From assembly GCA_046563655.1 (NCBI GenBank), contig CM102289.1, forward strand, positions 7,006,001-7,070,000: a stretch of 64,000 bases of DNA. The letters run 5' to 3'. The translations under genes and the position numbers were made by a program. The notes beneath the pieces are model-generated. The model saw only the letters and a list, made by a program, of their open reading frames with translations. It searched no databases and was not told where the DNA came from. Shown piece after piece: positions 37,701 to 49,263 of the stretch; the first letter of the stretch is position 1; every line of letters begins with the position of its first letter. Origin of the DNA: Yuukianura sp. NJ FZ-2021 (lineage: Eukaryota).

Positions 37701-39287
37701 CCATTATCCATTTGGACAGTTATCATGCTACATAGTAGTGGAGGTAAAATTTGAAGTATCACAATCGCAGTGCGGAAATCCATTGTGGGATTTGTAAAAG
37801 CAAAAGTAATGTACTTTGCACTTTCAGAGTTCAGTGGGGAAATCCCTTGGAAAAAAACACATTACAGAATTCCCGTCTTCCTCTGGCTAGCCTTTTATGA
37901 TTTGAGTTCGACACAAGTGAAACCTTCTCAAGTGAGCGCATGTTGGCGTATATTCCATGCAATTATGCTCAACAGGAAAAATAAAATTTCTGCTTTTTCA
38001 GAACTAAAGTTCACAGAAAGTAGAAATTTTGAACTTTGTCAGCACTTGTTACACATTTTTTTTGTAAGAGCTCCATTCTCAATGTGACGAAATTTCTAAA
38101 AATGGTGATTTTGTTTCTTTTTTTTTAATTTGAGTCACAAACGCAACCATGTTTTACTTACTGTTGTGCTGAATTGGTTGAGATACGATGGAAGGACATA
38201 AGCGTTGCAATTGTGCGTTTTCGGTTGTTTTGAAAGCTTCAAAATAGAGTGACACCATGTTCAAATTCAAATGAAGCGCTAAATCGCTAATGTCTTGGTC
38301 TGAACTGAGCTTCCGACTGTCACTGTCTTCCAACTCAGACATTCTGGCTACCAGTTCCTTTCGGGCACTTTTCTTACCAGTGTAGATTATGTTTACGCTA
38401 CTTAATCTGTATAATTAAAAAGCAAAACACAATGTGTAAAACATTACTCAAATTTTTTTTTGAATATCCAAGCAGTTTTTACGATTTTTACTTACGTAAA
38501 TGTGTAATCGTTTGCAGAAGACACAATACAAGAAACGGAAGTTGCAGAATTACATTGTGGAAATACTGTTTCTTGTGCTAAAGGACTTGAACTTCCGCTA
38601 TTGTTTTTAGTGATGAGATGCGCATGCGGGTAGTGCGGCGGTACACTACACACAAGCGAGCAACGGATTATTGCCGTTCCAGAAAAATTTTGCAACTGAA
38701 ACAGAAAAAAAGTTTCGAATTTTCTGAAGCAAACAATTTTTTAAAGAAAAATTCAACATTTCATTTTATCTCGATATTTCAAAAGTTTAACGTGAAATCC
38801 TTGCTATTGGCAAAAAAAAATTTAAACAGAGCATTTTTTTTGGTAGACTTGTGTTTGTAGTAACTGGCATAAAAACCCAATGGCTTGACCTTGTCAAAAT
38901 CAGGTTACTAGTGCAGTGCATTTGATGAATTTGGCATGTCAACCTTGACTTGACAGCAACATTGCTTTTGTCAAAATGCATTTATGAAACCTTGATTTTT
39001 CTGATTTTTTTTACCTTAACAGCAGGATATGTTTTGGAGTCATTCAAAACTGGAGAAGATTTCCCGCCTTGTGAACAGTTTGGCGGCATTGTCAAATTAT
39101 TTACTCCAAGAAGAGATCCATGTTTTCCAGTCATTTCAGATTTGTAGCGGAATCTGAATTTACTTTGTGGCTGAACTAAGATTTCCAAATACGGCTCCAG
39201 ATTTGAATCGGTTTTAGTTTGTGCAGAACCAAATTCACTTCCAAGTTGCACTTGACCTTGGCTTTCTTCCCTACCGCTCCAATCCAT
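34787..39287 (-). CDS. Rel: Relish (NF-kB p105/p100 class): Rel homology domain, IPT domain and ankyrin repeats
   Basis: QPQSKFRFRYKSEMTGKHGSLLG and YPAVK; IPT segments ELRIVRIDK..GDEEVFVLVEKV, DVHHQYAIVF and TPPY; NLS RRKRK; ankyrin repeats GDTPLHLA, GLTPLHLA and GRTPLHIA. Confidence 0.95.
37836..37846 (+). promoter_or_regulatory. Canonical kB site inside the long Relish intron
   Basis: GGGGAAATCCC, with further kB-like sites at about 37772-37781, 37866-37875 and 37488-37498. Confidence 0.6.
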
Positions 39288-39844
39288 GACCTGGATTTGG
39301 GTCAAGGTCAACAGGGCCTCAACGTATTTTGATAATAAATCACTCGTGTTTGTATTGCGTCACTAAAGATGTAAACCTGTTTTCACTTCACTTAATGATG
39401 GTTGTTTTTGTTATTCCGCAGTTTAAGTTAACTTTGTAACAACAACGTAACAGATGATGTTCTGGGTTGTCTACGTTGAGAAATATAAACTTGGAGAAGA
39501 ATTTTAAAAGATAAGTGGAAACCACAAGTCACTAGTCCATTGCGAATCAGAAGAACAAAATTGCTTCCGCAACATACACTAAGCAAAGCTAGAAAGAACT
39601 GACCTTTGACCTTAGAAGAAGCACGAACGAAAACTGAAAATTTTGAAAAATTTTAAACTATTATTTTTCCTAAATGTAGTAGACGCGCGGCGTCTACAGT
39701 TGAATTTTTCGGAAGTGGCTTGTTTGATCGCGATTTGAGTACAAATTTAAATGTAGATTTCGGAATTTACCAGACGAGAGAAACTTTAAATTTTGGGAAA
39801 TGATTTCAGTGGGGAATAATCATGGCTCAAGTGACGCAAATCAC

Positions 39845-39854
39845 GGGGAACTCC
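39845..39854 (+). promoter_or_regulatory. kB site upstream of Relish
   Basis: GGGGAACTCC matches GGGRNNYYCC. Confidence 0.5.
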
Positions 39855-40486
39855 ACTTCAAATGAAAGGAAAGTGAAGAAGCAAAAAAGTGACTTATAAA
39901 AGTCCTAAGTTCGCAAAGCACAAAATAAAGGATATTCCGAATGTGGCAATGGAAATTTAGTCTTGACAATAATTTCATCAACACCAATTCAAAATTTACT
40001 CAATGTCACATTTCACCCACGCAAGTCAATTGACACACACACATTTAAAGGAATTCAGAAACAAAGTCTGAAATTCTGGAACGATATAGAAATTTCCACT
40101 CCGTCGAGATTTTAATTTTGTTCTAAACCAACAAAGCCAAAAAAAATTTAGCATACGATTCTGGTTGCTGCGGAAGTCAGAAGTTAACCAGCTTATATGA
40201 GATTTCGTTTACCGCAGCCAATTAGTAATTCGACAGTAAAATTCAAAAAATGAAATAAGTGTACAATGTGTACAAAAAACCACAAAAGATAACTTTGCTA
40301 AGTTTACAGCTTGGTTTTAACGCAATTAGCCACAATTGCGTTAATCAAAGTTAATTAACAGAACCTTATAAATAGTTTAGTTTTACTTATGCCTGAACGT
40401 TTGCGCTTTTTGCTCTTGTACTACCAAAGTTATTTTAAACTGTTTTGAAATTTGCAAATTTCAAAATTGATTTCAACGTGCCAGAA

Positions 40487-40689
40487 ATGTCTGTTTTCAG
40501 TATTGTTGTTATCAGCCTTCTCGTTTCAGCTGGAATTGGGTTTCTAGTGGCGGCAAGAGAGTCAAGAAAACGACGTAAGACTTTTTTAAATGTGGAAAAA
40601 AAAATTTAAATAGTTAAAATATAAGTGTTTTTCAAAATATTTAAAATATAATAGAAAGAGCTATGGAAGCAGCAAGCAAGATCGAGTAA
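40487..40689 (+). CDS. Putative 40-aa single-pass membrane or secreted micropeptide (exons 40487-40574 and 40655-40689)
   Basis: TATAAATA at 40367, AAAATG start context and an 80-nt GTAAG..TAG intron. Product MSVFSIVVISLLVSAGIGFLVAARESRKRQRAMEAASKIE. Confidence 0.5.
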
Positions 40690-41219
40690 ACGTTCTTCCA
40701 GTGAAACATAAATGATGGCAATTTGTGACCTCGAGGTCACCGGGTCACACGTTTTCAAATTAAAAGGAGTCCATGGAGTCCAAGTGTCAATGCCCTCCGG
40801 CGGCACTTGGAATATGTTAAGCTTCAGTTTAAATTGAATATTTAAGTTTATTATACTAGATTTATACTAGATTTCAGCTTAATAAGACGGATTTTGTTTT
40901 GTGAATTCATGCTTCTTCCAAGTTTTTTAAATATTTGAAATTTTGTTCTAAACTAATTTCTACATTTCGCTACCGGGAATTCAAAAACGAAAAATATTCG
41001 TATACCCTATAGTGAGGTCAAAAGTTATTCAGATTTAGTAAATCACTGTTTACAATGGCAGGAGAGAAGTGTTATTATTGCACAATGAAAGGCTCCCGTC
41101 TGTGTTCTGGAAATATTTTTTTACAATCAGAACATAACAGAACAAAAAGTTTTTAAAAATATTTAAAAAATGAACATAATTTTTTAAAGAATTTAGAAGT
41201 TGAGTTCAAGTAGCGTTGT

Positions 41220-43488
41220 TTAGTTGCTAAGCAACAGGAATGGATTCCACATGTTCAGAACACACAGTAAAATTAAAAGCGGACAAATGAAGGAAAATGG
41301 CATGTTAGTTTTGGCTCCATTTTTGAACATTCCAGAAACTCTGGACCAGGTTCCATTGTGTGGCTGGGCGGGAATTTTCAAAACTCTGGCGAGCATTTGG
41401 TACACATCTTCCATTCGAATGGGCGGATGCTCCAGGCCTTCGTGGAATTCTAAAAATGCAACAGCAAAAAATTCAAATCCATCAATTTCTTTTGAAATTT
41501 TGAAAAACTGTACCTGGTCCTCTTGCCAGAAATATTCCACGCATCTCTGTTATGTTAAAGTAGCCGTGACTTCCCGATCGTCGTGCTAGTTCTGTAGATG
41601 AAGCAGGAATTTGTTTCGATTCCATCGTACGGGATCGGGACCATTCTTGGGGCAAGCCGAGAATGTTGTAACCCGGTTTCGCCACGACCAGAATGTTTTC
41701 TGCCAAGGGACTATTTTTGTATCGGAATTCCTCTGGAATTTCTTCTCGCCGGTACACATCGACACCTTCCATTTGTTTTAGTCCGTCATAAACCTTAAAA
41801 GTAAAAAAAGTAAAGGAAAATTTAATAGAATTATTTCCATACTTTCATAATTTTAGTTTTTGTTTACTTGTCTAGCATATCGTGGTAGTGGGGCAATGGC
41901 AGAAAATCCGCCGTCACCAATAACTCTCATCACATGGGTTTGGTTAAGATACCGTTTCAATTGGACGTGTTTCATGTTCGACTGGGATCCACTTTCGACC
42001 ATTCCATGGTCACTCAAAATCACAATGTTCAACTAAAATAAAAATTTTGATAACTTTTTGAAAAATGCTTTTTTTTTAATTCATACTTACATCTTTCTCA
42101 ATATCTTGGTAGTTATCATATAGCTCATCAAGGAACCATTTGAAGACTTTGTTCAACTCCTTGAGAGCAATGGTCATATCAAGAGATTCAGGTCCGTACT
42201 GATGACCAATATTGTCAATGTGTGCACCGTAAACCTGCCAAAATTTTGAATCGAAATTTCAGAAATTTGGAAAGTTTGAAAAAATTTTGTATGTACCATT
42301 AGGAGATCATTTTCTCTCAGTTTGTGTAGCGTTGCGTTTAACGTTTTTTGGAAGGCTCCGATTCCGGATTCTGGATAGTATCCACTAAATTCTCCATTTG
42401 GCAAAGTATCTTCAAATGGAACATCACATCTCGACCTTCAAATTTTCAAAAAGAAAAAGAAAATAAAAAAATTTAAACTTTTTTTCGCTTTGTGTTTTAC
42501 CACTGCCGGAGATACACTTTTTTCTTTGCTCTCGTAGCTGTAGTCCAAATGGGTTCTGCAGATTGCCACCAGCTTGGTTCTCTCGTGCTTCGTACATTGT
42601 TGAGATCAAACATAAGTTCTCTCCGCTGGTCATACATGTAGTTACCTACGTCCAGAGGTCAAAGGTCAAACTCCAAAAATTCCAGTTTTTACATCAAATT
42701 TCAAGGTCTGTTGACTTAGATTTTCTTTCACGGGTTGTGTAATACCTCATGTTTTTTGTTGATTTTGCAAAAAAAAATGCCAATTTCTATTTAACGGCAT
42801 CGTAGTCATAACAATAGAGCAAATTTTTTAAATCTGCATATAAACTGGTACCAAGTTTTTGGATGTGTACTAAATTAGTAACTATTTTTTTGTCAACAAG
42901 CGAGGTAGTACTCAACCTGTTAAAGAAAATTAACTTTTCGTTGTCAAAGAACCTTGATCAAATGCCAGGTTTCGTACCAATGATTCCATGAACTTCTGGA
43001 TACAGACCAGTACTAATCGTATGCCAGTTTGGGTAACTCAGGGACGGAAATACCGGTTCAAGCCATTCCGCCATGACGCCCTCCGAAATCAATTCATCAA
43101 AGGCGCTCAAATCACTTTTGTGCTCTTTGTAGTAATCCCAACGAAAGCTATTAAGAAGTAAGTCAAAATTAAATTAAGATTAAGTGCCTTTTGCACAATT
43201 GATTTAGTTTATAACTTTAATTTAGGTACCCATCCAGCATAATCACAAGAAGTTTGGGCCCCTTGGGCAAGGGTTCCCCTTCTGCATCAAGCCTATTCGT
43301 GTCCACTGAAAATAAAACTTCTTTAGACAAAAATCCATTAAGGAAATGACTTTGTAAATTGAACTTTAGAGCATAGATTTGTTAATGGTTGCAGTACATT
43401 CAGAAACTGTATTTGGTTCCCGCCCTGAAGAAGCTTGGATCAAAAGGAACGTCAAGCTGAGGGTGAGTGGTGCTGCCCAGGTCATCAT
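41220..43488 (-). CDS. ENPP6: Ectonucleotide pyrophosphatase/phosphodiesterase, ENPP6-like, probably GPI-anchored
   Basis: Signal peptide, LLVIMLDGFRWDY, Ser-nucleophile motif FPSLSYPN, IDNIGHQYGP, ILSDHGM, GSHGY and PHNGTWSRV, then a hydrophobic C-terminal tail. Confidence 0.88.
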
Positions 43489-46425
43489 TTGAAGCTTCTT
43501 CAATCTAAATTTAGAAAAGAAACAAGAATTTGTAGCTGGTCTTGGTTTGAACTAAATCTCAATTTAGTTTTTTTGATTAATTTGGAATGTGAAAAAGTGC
43601 AGGAGGGAAGCTCTCAGTTTGATTGAACACAAAACTGAGCCAGGCACGCAATTGCTATTAATTTAAAGCACTGTTTCTCTTTGGCGGGAAGCGACTTTTT
43701 TTAACCAGCGACAGCTTTCTACAAGAAATGGAGAAACCAAGTAGTCAATGACTCCAGGTTCTTCAAATGGCAGGAAACTATACAGACGGCTCTGAAAAAA
43801 ACCAAAAATTTGTTCTTTGCTGCGTTGTTAAAAACTGATATTTCTGGGTAAGTTCATAATGTACTGACTAGGCTATTGTTAGACTTCGGACATAAATCAA
43901 CAATGGAAGTTGCTCGACCTACACGCCTACAAGGACAACAATAAAAACTGTATGAGTCTCTTTGTCTCCATCAAAAACCAAATTAAGTTCATCATCCACA
44001 CACATGACGCGGCAATAATTGGAAAATTCAAAAAGGAAATGAAAGTGTAATAAATTACACAGTCTTTTTAAACATTTCCACAAATAGTACAAAAAAATTT
44101 GTGAAGTCAAGATAAATTTTTTTTTTACAAAATTGAACGAACTAAACGTTTCGGAGCTTACAGAGTTTACCTTTGTTAGCAAAATTTTAAAATCGAAATT
44201 TGAGTCTCTCATTATAAAAAAAAATTATGAGTTGCAATTTTTTGTGACTAAAGAGAATTGTGACGTGCAAACTGTGTAATTGCCTCGGTTCTTAGAAATT
44301 TTTAGTTTAAAAACTTCCAATGGGTGTAGCATTGTTCATTAACCTTCAACTTTCTTTGACATGCTTTGTAAAAAGTTTATTTAGCGAATACTAAAAAAGT
44401 TGCTGTTAAAAATGAACATAATATACTAATTTAATTCAATTTTGCTTACCAATAAACTTGTATTCAGTGAAAACGGCGGGTTTGAGAAGAAGTGAAAGTT
44501 AAAATTATTGTCTCGTATTTGTTCCTTCAAAGTTTCAATTTGGACGAATGTTAAACTTTGGGCGTAATTCAAGATGGTTTTCAAAAGTTCAACCTCTGAC
44601 CCCTCACGCACTACACCCGTTCTTTGAGAGCAATAACAAAACGAAAAGGCTGTCAGATTGGTACGATTGATGCGATGTTGTAGTGTGAATGAAATGGAAA
44701 TTGACTGATTCCATTGTGAATATAAGTCACTTGAATGGATTCAAGAAAAAAGCCAACGCCATCACTTAAGGTCCACTTAAAATTGTTAGACGCTAAATAC
44801 AAAAAACGATCCAGTCTGCCTCTCATCTCCTCACTTCCAGAAGATACTTCCTTTGAACTCCCAGCCTAAACTGCTACTGCCTTCATCCAGACTTTCACTT
44901 TTGAGACACCGAGGAAGGGGAAAGTGGAGCTTACTAAAAAAATTACTACAGACTGTTTGTAGCTCTGCAGAAGTCTGATTACTTTATTCAAGTGGCTATG
45001 CCCCCATTTGCCTACTTCCATCTCGAATCTGGCACATTTCTGAGCATCTCTGGTGCAGTCTAGTACATAGCGTTGTGCAAAATTCAAGAAGTGAGGCAGG
45101 AAGATGATGATAAAACTCGGATTTGACCAGAATCTGAGCCAAGGACACAAAGAGTACGACAGGGTTGAGCAACCCCCAGGGGTAAGCATGAGCTGGGGAA
45201 ATGTTGAATGTTACCCGGGTAGAATCCGGTCTCATTTGATAAGCAAAAATGGTTTGTTTTATTCAGACAAGTCACTCGTGTTGGGCTATACGCAATCTAA
45301 TGTGCTAACTTAAACTAATCCAGGAAGTACGCTGAGCGACTTTGACTGAAAACTCAAAAATTTTGTATTTTAAGAAAATTTTTGAAAAAATATCTCCTAA
45401 GTGCAGGGCAGGAACAAGCGAACTTTGAACAGACTAAAGAAGAGCAGATGAAGATCAATATTTGAGAAAATGTTACAAGTGCCCGCAAGTGCCATGTGCC
45501 ATAGAAGAAGATTCTTTAGAATCGGAGCACACACGAAACCCCACTTGGAATCGGGCCAAAAAATGTTTTTTTTTTGTCTTCCCAAATCCAAAAAATCCAT
45601 TAAATTCAATTTTATAACTAGCAGATGAAATTTTGGCCCAAATAGTTTGAGTATGACCAGACCATGAAAAATAATTCTCGCTTTACTTCTTTCAAATTTT
45701 TCCGTTAAAAGTTTTAATTTCTATACCAGATCAGAAAATGAAGGATAAAACATCTGTCAAAAATCCTTGCAAAAAAGATCTCAGCAAACCAAATTTTTTG
45801 AGCAATCTTAAAAACCTGCAGTGTGTACTCTGAAACTACCGGCAAATGTTGTAAACTTTACTTTCTATAAAAATTTAATTTGAAAAAAGAAAAAATTCTA
45901 TGTAGCAAGAAATGAGTAAAGCAGCAGAAAACATGAAAATTGTGTCAAAACTCTAAAAAAGTAATTTTCTTAAAGTAAAACGAAGCTTGCTGCTAAAACT
46001 GGAACATGCACTTAACCTAATCCAACTCAATTAAATTCACGCTCCATGTGTGTTCACGACTCGTCAACTTTTCTGGATAACCTTTGACCTCAACTCTAAT
46101 TTCTTGTCAACCATTTGTCAGGAATTAGCATATTCATCTTAGTTTTGTACAACTCAAAGTCCTTACTCGTTAAGATTAGAAAAAATATCAACAAGATTAT
46201 TCTAGTCAGCAAAAACAGAACCATAAAATAAATCTTAAGTTTCATCAACATCGTCCGGAAAAGAAAAAAATATGTTACTAAAATTATTTTCAAATCAAAG
46301 CTTTATTTCTGACTCAACTTTTTATTATTGAAATTGTGACTCGTATTGGTCATTTGGTACAAAACTATTCCTAAAGTTATAATTATTTTTTATAATATTA
46401 TATTATAATATTATAATGCATTAAA

Positions 46426-48284
46426 TTAAATATACAAAGTAATATCTTTGTTAGTTACTGGAATCTGATTGACAGCTTTTGTCATGAACTCTATTCTTCT
46501 GTCTACAATTTCAGCCTTTTCTCCATCAGCTCTTGGGCCACCCCAACTTCTTACGTTCCAAGTCCAAGCAGCATAGAAAACAGTGACTAAAGTAAATACT
46601 GGCAATACTATTTTTAAAACAACGTAGAAAATGCAGAGCTTAATCCGCTGACTAATCAGACAGAATCCACACAGAATCACGTACTTGAACAACACAATCA
46701 AAAACATCAATAAGTAAAACGCCCCGTAAGATCCCATTTCACTTCCACTTGTTCTATCCATCGTCAGCCATGAAATCAGAAACACCCAAGACACCCACGT
46801 TAAACTGGCAGATTGAAATAGAAACAAGCGATAAATTTGAATGAGCGGCAACTTTTTCCAGATCGCTGGACTCGTCAGTTGATAAGTTTCACTCGCCAGA
46901 GTTCCAAGTATCCAGCGACGTCTTTGTTTCAACAGAGTCATGAATGTATCAGGAGCGTCAGTTTTGCAAACAGCATTAGGGACAAATGTAACTTGATGTG
47001 GGCCAGTTGAGCCTTTGAGGAGCAAGTATGTCAAGTATCGGTCTTCTCCAAATGCTTCTCGATGATACTCGTAAGCACTTAGATCATGATTTTTCTCAGT
47101 GAAAAAGTAAGTATCTGAAACGTCCTCTAGAGCCGCCATTTTAACAAAAGTGACTGCTCTGGAAGGCAGGTCACTCCACCTAGGCCAGCTTCTCCCGCTT
47201 TCATGAAAATTTGACTGTCGAGGTATTCAGCATTCTGAAGATACTGGTAAATGTTTACTTTGAATTGGGTACTGCATGTTAAGAGTCCAGTGGCAGCAAT
47301 AAACTTTGGATTTGCGTTAGCATAGGCGACAAAGTTATGTAAAGCATTCTCGTGTAGAATAATATCCGAATCGATGTTCAAAATGAACGTGGAATCTTTG
47401 ATTTTTGAGTAAGAATTTTGAATTAGCCGAAAAGTTTGGGCTTGTGTTGCACTTTTCCCGCCATGCGGAAATCGTGACACGGTGACCGTCATTCCGTTGA
47501 CGTAGACGTCAATTATTGCTGGAAACATTGGCTCTTGCGCAATACCGTTAAAGTTGACAGAATTTGAAGCTTCAATTGCCTTAACTTTGTCTTGTGTTAG
47601 AACTCCAAGTTTGGCGAGTACTTGAAAGTACAGTTCAGTTTCTTCCGAGTCGTCAAATGACAAGAAAAGATGCTTCTTGTCTTCTGGATAATCAACGGTA
47701 AAGGTGCTGTCAATAGCTCTGAATAGAACTGGAATCGATTCGTTGTAAATTGGCATCACTATGGCTACCATTGGTTCTTCTCCGACTGAAGGAAATGGCA
47801 TAGTTGACTTTTCCGCTTTGGCGCCAAATTTGAAAATGTAGAACAAGCCAAAGATGGTTCCTGGTAGGAGAACGACGGTTGTTGTGATTGCAGTTACATA
47901 AGTGACAAGATAGTAGATCCAAGATGAACCCAATTCTTCCCATACTTGCAGTAATATCGGAGTTAGCATGACGATTAACATTGTCAATCTTACAAAAATG
48001 AAAAGAGCAATGACAAAAGTTCCAAAAAATCTCCGGGAGTTTTTCATTGGTTGAGAAAGGCAAGAAATGAATGACGCCAAGATGACTCCGGATTGGAGGA
48101 AAAAGTCGACCAATCCAGTGGTCAGTAGCAACCAGGTGAAGATGTTAAGTGTAATGTTGATCCAGGGAAGTTCTGAATATGAAAAGAATAAATACGTACT
48201 TTCGTACGTACTTTCACTTCCCAAAGTTTCCACTGTAGTAGTTGGAAGCGCGTGTTTTAAATCGTTATCGTTGAACGATGCCAT
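46426..48284 (-). pseudogene. Intronless GT2 chitin synthase-like gene (fungal class VI-like) with a 1-nt frameshift
   Basis: Two overlapping ORFs together match the intact neighbour. TCLP-GAV is broken by a missing G at about 47159. GEDRYLT, QRRRW and SWGGPRAD are intact downstream. An assembly error is possible. Confidence 0.75.
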
Positions 48285-49263
48285 TTTCCTGCTGCTAAGT
48301 TGACCTTTCAACTAATCAGGCAAGGACAAGGCAAGTTTTTTAACTTTAAAGTTATTCTGATTCTAAATCACATTTTTTTGAAGTTTTTATAGTAAATCTA
48401 CTTTGATCTCACAAGATAGCTGACAAGGGTAAGTAAAGTACCGTTGTTGGTTATCAGTGACGCGGTAAACGCTAAGCTTTTAAAAAAATAACATTTACAA
48501 AAGTTATTCGATCGTACGTAGTTGGATTTAAGCTACGTCAGTCCACCTGAAATAGTCCAAAAGTTCGACCTCAATTGACGCCATCGGGTAATCGCGTAAC
48601 ACAAGAACTTGACGTCTCTGACGCCATCCAGTACAACATCGACGCAACTGAACCGGATCCACTTGACTTGAAACGTATCCCAAATATATGACGTTACAAT
48701 CGGTCCTGAAGTATGTAGTGGAAAATTTTTCATTGACTATAAGTTTACGTTTACGTTTAAACCAATTTTTGAGTATTCGATATCACTTAATCAGTCAATC
48801 GCACTTTACGTCATTTATGGAAACCAAATGTACGTGACCTGACAACAGGAAATTAGGTAGTATTAGAAAATGAAAACTTATCAGATGCATTGAAGTGGGT
48901 GATTCCGGGAGCTCGTCGCGAATGAACGTAAGGCGTCACTACGTTTTCATTGAAATAACAAAGGCGCTGATTTCGGGATTTAGCATTGAGCGTTACGAGG
49001 ATTTAGGAATTTGATTCTTTTGACGTTTTTTTCAGTTTTTGCGTTTTTAAGCTGAAGACAAAAACAGATACGAATTGTGACAACAGGCATCTAAAACAAA
49101 GACATGTGGTGACAAACACTCGTTTCAAAAACAAATTGTAACAACTTCTTTTGTTTCTTTTAATATTATTTTTCCAAACTATTTTTTTGTATAAAAACGT
49201 TTATTTTCGTAACCATATTTAAACATGCGCTAAAGAAAAACAAATCTATGCACAAGTTTTACA

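Noticed and set aside
44780..45560. Coding-like patch with several short ORFs
   Set aside because: No recognisable family, and stops in all plausible frames. It may be a decayed gene or TE fragment, but no call can be supported.
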